Below are positions 42,201 to 54,200 of a DNA stretch of 64,000 nucleotides, piece by piece. A program made the translations under genes and the position numbers. The notes below the pieces were generated by a model. That model saw nothing but the letters and a program-made list of their open reading frames with translations, was not told the origin of the DNA and ran no database searches. The first letter of the stretch is position 1; the number at the start of each line of letters is the position of its first letter. The stretch covers positions 1,302,001-1,366,000 of the forward strand of contig NC_135253.1 in assembly GCF_964204865.1 (NCBI RefSeq). The letters run 5' to 3'. Origin of the DNA: Styela clava (taxonomy: Eukaryota).

Positions 42201-45200
42201 AGTTCGTTTCCAACCCCTATGCACCGTTGTGGGTATCATTAGGGAGAATGCATGGAAGCTAGATTTCACGGTGCGATGTCAGTTTTTCTAAGCGGGACGA
42301 ATGATTCATTAAATGACGATATACCTGTTGTCGCATCCCAAATGCTTTCTGGCTCCCGACCACCGCTTTGGTATTTCCATGTCGCTTCGCATTGTGTTTT
42401 CGACAATTACACGACGATAAAATAGATCCAAGTAACCGCATTCACAAAAGTATCCAAAATGTCGCAAATATACTTATCCACTAAGCAGAATAATGGAAAA
42501 GAGTTTCCACAAGCTTTGCGACAAAAGTGAAGGCAAAGAATCCTAATTCGCGAATGAATCCCGCGTTACCAGCATTCGATATTTAAATCCACTTTTCCTA
42601 ATCTTGTCATCTTTATATTTCCGTTCGAACGACTTTGTCGTTGATCCTAAAAGCTTAAGTTGCAAATTCGGAAAGACGCGTATGACACATCGACGTAGCT
42701 GATTTCCCATAGCGGACACTGACATCATGAAAATGAACAGACAACCAAGCAGTGATCTTCCTCTGCCAGCAAAGCATTTGCGAAAGACATAGCTCCAAAA
42801 TCGGATCAAGGAATCGCGATGACCGCAGAAAACGTTTGGGGATAAAGATTAAAACTTTTATTTATATCCTTTCCCTTTTTGGTCGTGAAAAGAAATAAGA
42901 TTTTGTCTGTGTATTTATTTTTTTATGCGAAAAGATTTAGATTTCATGCGATCTGTGATCTGTTCCTTGGGCTCCTATTTCGTTCTTAATTTTTAATCTC
43001 GTGATTAACCGGTATTAGAAGATTCGCTATACCGGTATCAGTGGTCCCCAATTTCCGTTAGCCCCCGTAAAATCCCCAGACAAAATCGAATTTAGCGATC
43101 CTAACCGATTTAGGAATGCAAACCCGGCATTGACAAACAACGGGTGCCCGACCAAAACGACCCAATTTACCCCAATCCCATCAGAATCCCTAAAAATGTT
43201 GTAGGGGATCACCAAACGCGCGGATTAGAAAAGATCGAGGGTTGCAGAGCAATAGTACGGCGATTTGTACATTTGTTCGTCGTGACATCCGTAAGGTGAT
43301 AAGAAGATGAAAGCCGGCGATAGTCTGGTTCAGACCGGATTATCCCTCGGATCACAACCTTGTCCATAGAGATAGGGATCGTCCGTGGCGGTAGGTAGGT
43401 AGTAAACTTACAGTCCCAACATAGTAGGTGACTTCCAGAGTAAGACTTAATGTAATAACAAGTACCACCAAGCCATGAAATGCCTCTATGAAGCCCCACC
43501 AATATAAATTGTCGTAAGATGCCATTGAAATAATCCCATTTGTCAAGAGTATACGACGAAATTTTTGATATTTAATATAAAATCACAAATCCCACCACAA
43601 TCATAGGATTAAGTCGATGACTCAAAATTAAATTGAACTTAAATATTAATGAAAATGAAGAGAAAAAACAGGGCGAGAGATTTTACATTGTGAAAGTTTA
43701 TAATTCGACAGAAATTGGGCTAAAAATATTCAAGTTGAGCAGACAATAAAATACATACACGTTTACTATATAACGAAGAAATATTTGTTATGTCATTTCT
43801 TTCAAGGATTAGCTCAAGCACAAAATAAACAACAAATAATAGTTGTGCAGGTGTGATGCCGCCACAACAAAAGCAGATCATATTGGAATGAATAATCACA
43901 AACAAGGATGGAGAAAAAACTTTTTAAACGGAATCCTATTAATAATAATATGTCATCAACATATTGTTTTAAATGCATTTGAATATGGGAATCTATGTTG
44001 GCAGGTCAAACTCATATGGAAGTCAACTCTTTCTGAAACACGACAAAGAATGCAAACCCTATATGTGATGGAAAGTGAGACTGCGAGAGACAGATGGCTG
44101 GCAGAGAGGCGCATGAAAATTGAATAAACTTCTTGCCGCGTATGGACGGCATGGATCCGACAGTTCGATATAGATTTTATAATCCCATTATACGGGTTCC
44201 AAATAACGGAATATCGTAGAAATGGGATATTCCTGTTTGTAAGGCAGTCTCAAAAAAACTGAGGCCGTAACTTTTTTCTAAGTAAAAACGGTTCGCGATG
44301 CCATGCTACTTTCAAAGCGCTGGCCTGTCCAAAGCTAAATTATGTGTTTTATTTGGAGATTTGGTATACGAGACAAGTATTCCAACTTTGCATAATTTAA
44401 TATTAAGTAGTACGAAAATCTGAACGTATAACTGTAAACAAGGACAATGGCACAGTACATATATGGTAAAAGCACAGAGCGCAGCAGTGCGTATAATGAT
44501 TGTCTGTCTTTGGCGTTATTCTATCTGGAATGATGTAAAAAGTCTTTATTTAAATCCAAATATAAAAAACATACCGAGGTAAAGAGATGTACATATACGC
44601 AAGGAAGAAATAAATTCTATAGGATTCGACATTGTCAACACATGTCCTGGATAAGGTAAAGGCTATTCTTATCTGGAAAGCTGTAAAAAGGGCTTTGCTC
44701 AAATCCAAATAAAGAAACAATAACGAGTCAAATGGATGTATTGTAGATGGACGCAAGCAAAGATCAAATTCTGTAGGATTTGACATTGTCAACCTTTTTC
44801 CTGGTCAAGGTAGTAGTCACGTCTGACCAAAATTGGAGCAAATCACATTCAAAAGACTGATAAAGGCAACATCTTATACAGATGATACCAAAATATTTCA
44901 TTTTGCTGTGAATCGATACGTATATATTTTACTGTCAAATGTGAATAGATTCCTTAATTTACCTACTTTGCTAATTTACACTTACGTTGCAAACCAGTGT
45001 ATTTATCGATTTGCTGTGAATCGCACATGGTTTCACGTTCAGAGTTGGTTCACCAATGTACTGATTATATTATTAATAAATAATGTTTATATTTGTTTGC
45101 TAATTTGCTACAGTAGTGTTGACGCGAATTGGAATCAATTGGATCATTACTTTATAACCAAAATAGTGCTAAAAAATGCATATTATCGCACGTATATACG

Positions 45201-48200
45201 TGGATTCGTTGTTCGGTTGGAGAACGTCTTAACATGGCGTGGCAGAACAATTGAAGGTCATAGAAAACGGCACTTCCGGAACTTTTCATTTCCGATAGTC
45301 CACTGTAATAGGATCCGGATAGGGAACGGTGCCAATTAGTGTCAGATATAGGTCGCGCTCATCGACCCCGTTATATATTCATGGAGGTGAATGAAAAAGC
45401 GTGTGGATAGCAATTCCGCGTGCATAAGGTCGAGCGATTCATAACTTTGGTTCAAGTTTTGCTACAAAATGGGGATTGCATGGTTCGTAATATACAGAAA
45501 TCCTATTATGTTTTATTTCGTCTCTTATGAAGGCGGTTTTTCGAACAAAGTAGGAGAAAAATAAAAACAAGACGCCAATAAAATATATTTTTGATCTTTA
45601 AGATCCGAATGCGCCACAGCATTGTGTGATAAACCATTGAATAATACCATAATAATCTTCCTACGACAAAAAGCGATTATAGATGAGTGATGCTCGCATT
45701 TTAAAGAGGTGCATTATTACATTTGGTTTCATTGGTTTTGTCTTCAATTAAGAATTATCCATATTTTGTCTCATTTTTTTCAATGAGAAAAATCGTCATA
45801 AATGTCTGTGTCATAAAACGAAATACGGGTGCTCCCGAAGTATTCGTACCAAGATGGCGCACAACCTGAACATAGCATGTGTTAATGTGTACCAGGTTAG
45901 GGTTGTTCAGGCTGTGTGTCATCTTGGTACGAGAACTTCCGCAGCGCCGAAATACGCAGGTGATGATGACTCCTATATTGGATAATAGTATTGTTGTATT
46001 TCCAGTCGTTTCGGTCCCGGATGATCGTTCATTTTCGGACCTACGCTATGATGTTGTTATCCATAGATTACCTCACTTTATTTCCCCTTTACTTACTTTG
46101 ATGTTTATTTAACCTGAACCGGCATACTCTTGTAAATAAAATTGCTGCATCACAGCGTTGGTGGTAATATACTTGCGTGTACTTGGGGTAACTCGTTTTT
46201 ACCACTCTCATTGTTTTTTTTTAGTTTCGGGCCGATGGCACTTATAAACATGATAAAACACGAGTAAAACAAAGACAACTAAAAGTAACAAAAACAATCC
46301 AAAGAAAGAAAAAGCCGAGACATTAAGAGCATGGTCGTAAGCGGGGGATATGTCACGTAAAAAGGAGTTGTAGTAACCGTATGCTTCTAATTTACTCTCA
46401 TCGAGTCGTTGCATCTTGATTACTATCCAGATTCCAGATCAATACTCGCATCAGTGAATATAGCATGTATCGCTGCAACTGCGCATCGTCTGAGCGGCCA
46501 TAACTTAACTGACATAATATGAGAAAGTGTTCAAATATCATAAGAGTATTTAAGGTCATCTAAAATATGAAAGAGAGAAATAGTAGTGGCTGTAAAACTC
46601 ACGGGACGCAGTCTTCAGTTCCTGTAATTCTTCCTGAACTTCAGCCATTCTCTCTCCCACTACTCTCATTTCTTCTTCTAAAGTCATTCTCTCTCGATCA
46701 ATCTTAAAAATAGAATCAGAAAAAATCAAACTGCCGTGTACAAACGTAGAGACTTGTGATTGGAAACTACGGTGATCAAATTCTATAAAACTAACAGAGC
46801 ACGCTATGAATGAAGTTGTCGATAATTGTCATAACATATCGTTAAAATGAAATAAACAATAAATTTGACATCAACAACTAAACATAAAACAATAATACAA
46901 TGATTTTACAGCCTTGTTCAACATACTTCACTTGTATTGTTAGTAGCCGCAACACTTTTTCTAATAGAAGAAGCTGATGATTTTCTTCTCATTAATTTGA
47001 TTGATGAAGGCCTCGAACGATGAGGTGATGATTCGCTATCAAGCTGACCTGAAACATTCAGAAATATCGTAAGGCCTTGACACTATCAAGTGCAATAAAA
47101 AAAAAATTATAATGCGACATGTTAACATGGTGTATTTCTGTATTTTGAACAAGATAAATTATTAAAATATGGAACACAGAATCAATTCCTAACATGGTTA
47201 ACAAGGCATTAAAATTTATCGAAATTCTCATTTATATTGCTTATATTGCCAAAGCGACCAAAAATAGCAATACCCTGTTTGATTGACACGAACCTTTTGT
47301 TGAAGCTATAATAGGACTAAAGCTCTCCAACTGTGTCATTTTAACAGGTTTAGCGACGTTGATCCGAATTGGAGATGCTGATTGCACAGACGAAGTTCCG
47401 TTTAACTTAGGATCGTGCCTGGGATTTCGATATTTTACGGCAGGCTGTTCAGGCATTGGAGTAGATGTTGTCGGCCCTTGCCTGTTGACAATGTCTTTTA
47501 TGTCGTTACGAGGAGGTGTAGAAACAGATGGCGTCCTGTCCTCAACTTTAGTTTCTATGGTTAAATTGAAAAACAATATGATTAGAACAAGAAGTCCAAT
47601 ATCAATGAAATACATTCAATAAATATACTGATCCCAGGTCGAACGAAAAAATTTAGAAATATAAGGCACATCTCACAATCATGAATCAGTAACATATTCT
47701 TTGCAAAAATGCAAAAGACCTATTCCAGCTCAACAACTGAATGTTGTAACTTCTCTTCAACCAGTACAATGGCAGAATAGAAAAAATGACAAAAATCATA
47801 CCGTGGTACTGCACGAGTTTTATCAAAAAATTTGCTTCGAGAAAACTCGGAGAATAAACCTCTTCAAATAATAGTTTTATACTTTTAATTGTCAAAATAC
47901 CTACTTTTCCCTGTCAAATCGTCATTTTTGTATCACGATCATGTTTTAGTTTCTAAAATTTGACATTTTCCACAAAATTCACTTTTATGAACTATTTGCA
48001 ATCAGTTACTATGCAGAAATGTGAGATAACAAACTGTTGAAATAATCCATAGATAGTAATTCAAAATAGAATGCAAGGATAAACACTAGTATAATACCTG
48101 GTGTTGACGGAGTAGTAATAATCTCAGATTTTTCGTCCAAAACAGGAAAACTGTTTACAACAACAGATCTTACACCAGGAGACTCTTTATTACCAGGATT

Positions 48201-51200
48201 AACATTTTCCGTTGAAGACTGACTTTCAAGTTCACCATTTTTAACTTCTACAACAGGAGTATTGTTCACAACATCATTTAACGATATTTCAACTGTATTT
48301 GAAGCAGAAAAGTTAATGGCCTCTGTTGTAATATCTTCATGACAATCTTCTGTAGAATCAGATTTGGCATCGTGCGAATTTTCAATATTTGAAAACTCGC
48401 TATAATCACCTTTTTCTTCTATTTTTTCTATACAGTTTTCTTCAATCTGCTCTGCGGCCAGATTTTTCGTTGAATCGAACACTAAATATCTAGAGTCATG
48501 GATTTCATTATTAATACTGTTGGTGGATTTTACAGCATTGCCATTATAGTCAGATGATTTTGGCAATGTTTCATTTGGATTAAAAACAAGTGGTTCTCCA
48601 GGTTTCACATCGTTATCCTTTTCATGTTTTACATGTTCGCCTGAAGAATTTGTGAAGATTGGAAAATTTGAAAAACTTGGAACTTTTGCGGGAGATAAAG
48701 GGACTAAACTGACATGTGGTATTGCACTTTCTACTTTTATCTCCTCATGAAAATGTTCAGAAATCTTGGATTCATTGATTGTGCTAACTGATTGAGAGGT
48801 CGTTGAAATTTCTCTGGTATAACTGATGGTAGTTATATTCGTTATGTTTTCAATAGAAGTTGAATCTGAATTTTGTAATATTGTATGTGAAGGAGAGGTT
48901 TCGATCTCCTTTGTTAAAAACGGAACATTATTAGATGATATTTCTTTACCGTTTTGAGATTCATTAAAACTGAAAAAATTGTCTGTTTCCTCTTTGCGAG
49001 AATATGTATCAGGGCTTTTATGAGAGTCCGTAACATTCTGGACTGATGACGTGGTATCGTCAGTCACTGTAGCTTCAATATTAAAATTATGTTGATTTGA
49101 GGTGACACTCGATTCCTTTGGCGAGAAATATGCTGCATCATCATTTGTACATATGGGAACTTCTTTAAATGAAAAATCACTTTTGCTTGAACCTGAAAAA
49201 AATGTGAATGTGATTGTGCTGAATTACCTACACAAATTATCTATTCTTGGTTGAAATGACTTGAGGAGATGTTACAAATGTAAGGTTATAAATTCACAAG
49301 TTATAATTAACTTAAACTTAAAGAGAGAAGTTGCAAATCAACTCTCATAACCACACTCAGTAAATTGAATTTGATTTCACTACTTGAAATAATTAGAGAC
49401 AAAGTAATTTAAATTAGGATAAAAATAATGTTACCTTCATCTAAATTTTCTACACTTTGTGTGAATCTAGAAGGAGCTATATCAAGATTAACTCTTGTTT
49501 GTTCGATCAATTTCCTTGCTCTTTCCTTTACTTGCGCTTTTCTCTTCCCATCCTGAAAGAAATTTCCATGAATTTACACAACATGTTTGATATATAACAA
49601 TTATATCAGGACTCTGCAGCTTGCTTGCAGTAAAAGTTTCCAATTATAGAAAGCTTTAATGATTGGGTACATGTTGAGGGGCAGTATAGCAAGATAGTCA
49701 AACTCTAATTCAGAGATCTCATTGCAAAACAACAATGTCAAAATATTAACCTAATATAAACAACCAGATATAAGCGATAGGATAAACTCAAGATAAAAGA
49801 TAAAGACATAATATATCAAACAGTGTGGTTTATTGCATTTACGTCAAAAACTTTTCAAATATCTCAAATGTGAATATGACAAATTTATTTGGGAATCTTA
49901 AGGTAAAAGTTTCAAGTAAATTCTTGAGCTTCTGTCTTTGTTCTAGCCTACTTGAATAATAATATAATTGAAAGTCAAGAAGAAAAATTCACCCCAGACA
50001 GTAGTGACTGCTAGAGTGGCGACAGAAGTACTGCATTTTACATAGTTGGGGCGATTAGCAGTCAACCGAAAACAGATACCACACAACTCAGTAACATTAT
50101 TTTAACTTTTCAACCAAACAAATCAATTAGGTATCATTGATATCAAGCATGGTCATGACTGGCAAGTCTAGATGATCTATTGACCAAGTACAATTATATA
50201 TAATTCAACCATTAACGAAGCATATGTTGTATTTCACATATGACGTCACAAAAGAGGGCAAATATCTATTTTAAGTTCGCTTAAAAAACTAAGAGGTAAC
50301 TGATCCGATGACCTGCCTTATACAATTGGGGGGAAAAGGACAGAGTACTCGAGAGAGAATGTTTACGTTTTTACCCTTCAACCACAAATGCAAAATCACA
50401 CAGCGATGGGTTAATTGGATTAGTGTTGATGGTGTAACTTCATCTGTCCCCTTAGCTTTAGCCATAGCAATACAGTCACATATATTGTACCCTTCACTTA
50501 GTTGTTTAAAAATACTAAAATAGTGTATGAATATGTCAAAAAGCATCAACATTTTTTCATATTGTAGTCCATATATACAAGTTATCATCAACCTCAAAGC
50601 AAAAACAAACTGAACAGTGAAAACATGCAAACTTGTTTTTAAAAAGGAGTGTCAAAACAATGACTTCTCTATTGACATGAAAGGACAAGCGTGACATTAT
50701 AATAGGGCTCCATAAACAACTTCAAAAGTTCATCTCAATTAAATACGAAGCAGTCTATAGTGCTGTTTAACTAGTATTGGATAGGCCAATATGTTAAAAA
50801 AAATCTTCTAGTTCAGTATAGACTATCCAATTACCTAACTGCATCTTGGTGGAGGTCACATAGTGTTGAAAACAAGATCTCTAATCCTGACATAACGCAG
50901 TGAGTCCCAAAATACCAAGAAGCGACATTATTGGTAGAATAATATGTGACTTTAAACTCAAGTAAGACTATTATTTACATTTGTCTATCTCTCCTATGTC
51001 ATTCTCACGTTACACAGACAATCGGGTTAAGGAATTCACATTAGAAACAATACCTAACTTTTCAACCAAGAACAGGGTCAACATCATGGGTCAAATGTAA
51101 AGTAAACTTGGGACATGGGTCACTTGCTTCCACTACTTCGAGATGTGATGGAATGATAATTGTTTTGACTTGGTGAGAAAGATAGACAGGATTTTCAGTC

Positions 51201-54200
51201 GAGGTTTGAAAAAAATCATGCATGATTTATCCACTAGTGACATATAGTGGTGAGATTCTGAGAGCATGATGATTGATACAAGGGCGGATAAAAGACAATA
51301 TCAGAGATTGACGAAAATTCAAGTGTGAACAATTGCACTCAGACTATCATCGATGTCTAACGTAAATAGTATTAAGAAACATTTCGATTCAAATCAAGAT
51401 GTTGCTCGTCATGAAAGCGTTCGGAAACAAATATTTAATTTATTTTGAGAATGGCTTCAGTCAGAAAGTAAAATACAATCAATTCTAGCAAACTACTACA
51501 AAAACTTGGCAGCCTCATTAAACATGTATCCAGATCAGAATACTAAAAAGCACAAATAACATTTCTCACCACATCTCGACTTAAACTCATTGTTTTCCAA
51601 TCCTCGTTCTTTTTATCTAGCGATTCAGCTTTGAACTGTTCAATCAAAGCAAGTGCCTTAGCTCGTTTTGGATCCATAACCTTCAGTAAAAATGAGATAA
51701 AAGCATAAAAGTACATGGGTACACAAAGTTTACTATATTGTATTATATATCTTCATCCTACCTCTTTATTCAAAGCTTCATTCGAACCGCACACTTCAAT
51801 AATACTGGTAGTGGTTGTAATTGATTGCACTGATTTAAAAGGTGAATCCACAGGCTGAAACAACATTTCAAAATCCTATATTAACATAGTAGAATTGAGC
51901 AAATGAGAAAATTGAAATCTTCGTTGCATAAGCATGGCTTAACAATCTATAGCAGTGATTCTCAAACGATTGGGGGTAGACAATTTTTTGAGGGGGCGTG
52001 AAGCTAATCAAAATTAAGAATACTTTTTAGATTTGATCTTGCGCGCCTTATTTTGGAAATTTACATTTCTTTATTTTGGATATTACGTTCCATTCACGTA
52101 TTTTTAACATGTTTTTTAAATGATACATACTTTCACCTTACTATCTGTTATTTGTAGCTTATTGTTAGATAGTTATTTTCAAGGTGGGACGCGAGACTTG
52201 GCAAATACAAAAACTTTGAGCCTTAAAAGTTTGAGAACCACTGACCCATAGAAATAAATTCCAATGGAATATATTTAAGAGGAGATTATTGAACAATAAA
52301 AATACAATTTCAAGCTTCATCAATCAAACCCATTTGGATATCCATGCAAAGAATTCTGTGTTTTTAGATGCCTTTCCAATACCTTTATTGCACTTCCAAT
52401 ACTTAACTCCAAATTTAACACAAACTATGTTTCTACTGTACATCGCAATAACTCCATTTCTAATTATTGTAAATCTTGTTAAAATCACAGACTTCTGTTA
52501 AATAAGAGTATTGAGTTAAAATTCACTTACTGAAGTAATGGATTCTGTAGTTTTAGAAGTAGTGGAAACAATGGAGGCAGTAAAGTGTTCTTCTTTTGGA
52601 GAAAATTTTATTTCTGTATTTGAAACAGATCTAAGATCTTCAACACTTTTTAAAATTGCAGAATGTTCATCTTGATATGTTTCTGCAACTGGCTCAGACT
52701 CGTCTTCGAACTCCGAAATTTGTTTTTCAAGTGAATTAATGATGCCATCAAAATCCGAGGAGTCATAAGTGATTTCATCATCAAATGATTTCAGAGGTTC
52801 TACATTATATCTCTGAGCAATTTGACCGTCGACTTCAGATTCCTCGTGCAATTGTTCATGGGTTTGTTCTTCAATTTCCGCTGTAAATTCATTTTCAAAT
52901 ATTTCTTCTTTTTCTGTTTCAACTGTTTCAGTCTCACTGACATTTGCAAAAGATTGTGCAGATGCTGGATTTTCGGTAATTGGAGATAGTCTTGAATCTC
53001 GTTCTGTGAAAAATTGTCATTTATCATTTCCCAACCTTATGATCTTAATCAGGACTTAATAGCGCAAAAAATATTGGAAAGTTGGTTGTTTATAACATTT
53101 AATGATTGCAGTGTTGGTTTATTGGTATCTATTAAAGCAATCCAGTACCAAAGTCTTAAGAGCTATTTATAGATGCATACAAATGTGTTTATTCACAGAG
53201 TAATCATAAATATAAAAAAACGGTTATTTCATTCTTTTTCTCTGACGTTCAATTTTGAGCTAAAAGTTCATATATCACAAAGAAGTTTTTAATATAAATA
53301 AACAAATGAAAAATTTTTATTAAAAGAATATCTCCACGAGTAACATGAATCAACCATCAGTACGTTCTGGAAGGTACAACTTTTTGCTTCAGTTCTGGCA
53401 ATTTTGAGAATTCATCAAAAGGGCATACTGATAATTGAAAAAAGCCAATTCAGCAAATAAGAACAGGTTGGTTTTATTTGGTGTCATTTCAAAGACAAAA
53501 CAAAACAAGACATAGAACTCAATGCCCCACCATACCGATGCAGTAGGGTGCCATAGAAAATGGGGAAGGATTGAATAATTAAAATGAACACCAAACATTG
53601 TTTAAGATTCTAGCTATTAATCTAACAAAAAAAAACATCAGTGTATCGCAAATATCCTATAGAATGTTGTAATAACATATTATTGAAGCATTATCCCACA
53701 TTATAAACTGTATGTTCTGTTTTAGATTCGAAAAACACTTATATATATAATAAGTAGCCTACAGAGTATGACATAACAAATGTGTTTATTATTAAAGCCC
53801 TAAGTTTAATATTCAGGAAAATAGGTATGAGTATGATAACAGGAAATACCTGTAAATTGACTCATTCCAAGGAAGGAACCATCTTCATCTTCACAGATAG
53901 ATAAATGCATTACATCTGGTCCTCTTTCTTCTTCAAGAACATTGTCTAGTTCACAAGAGAAGACATCATCTTCACCATCTCTCTCTTCCAGATCGGAGAG
54001 AAGTTTTTCTCTCATGAAATCTGAAAAACTCGGCCGAACATTCTTGTCTTCTTTCCTTTCTGATGCAATTTCATTCTTCAATGACTCGATTGTGTCGCCA
54101 AGATTCTAAATGAAAAAATGCATCAGCATACAAAAATGAATATCATCATACCAGAGTAAGAGCAAAATTAATGAATTCCAAGAATGTAACAATTCCACTT

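Noticed and set aside
44550-44900. RT-like motifs YLDLSKA (minus strand) and YTDDTKIF (plus strand)
   Set aside because: They are on opposite strands with no supporting flanking RT sequence, so a LINE cannot be called
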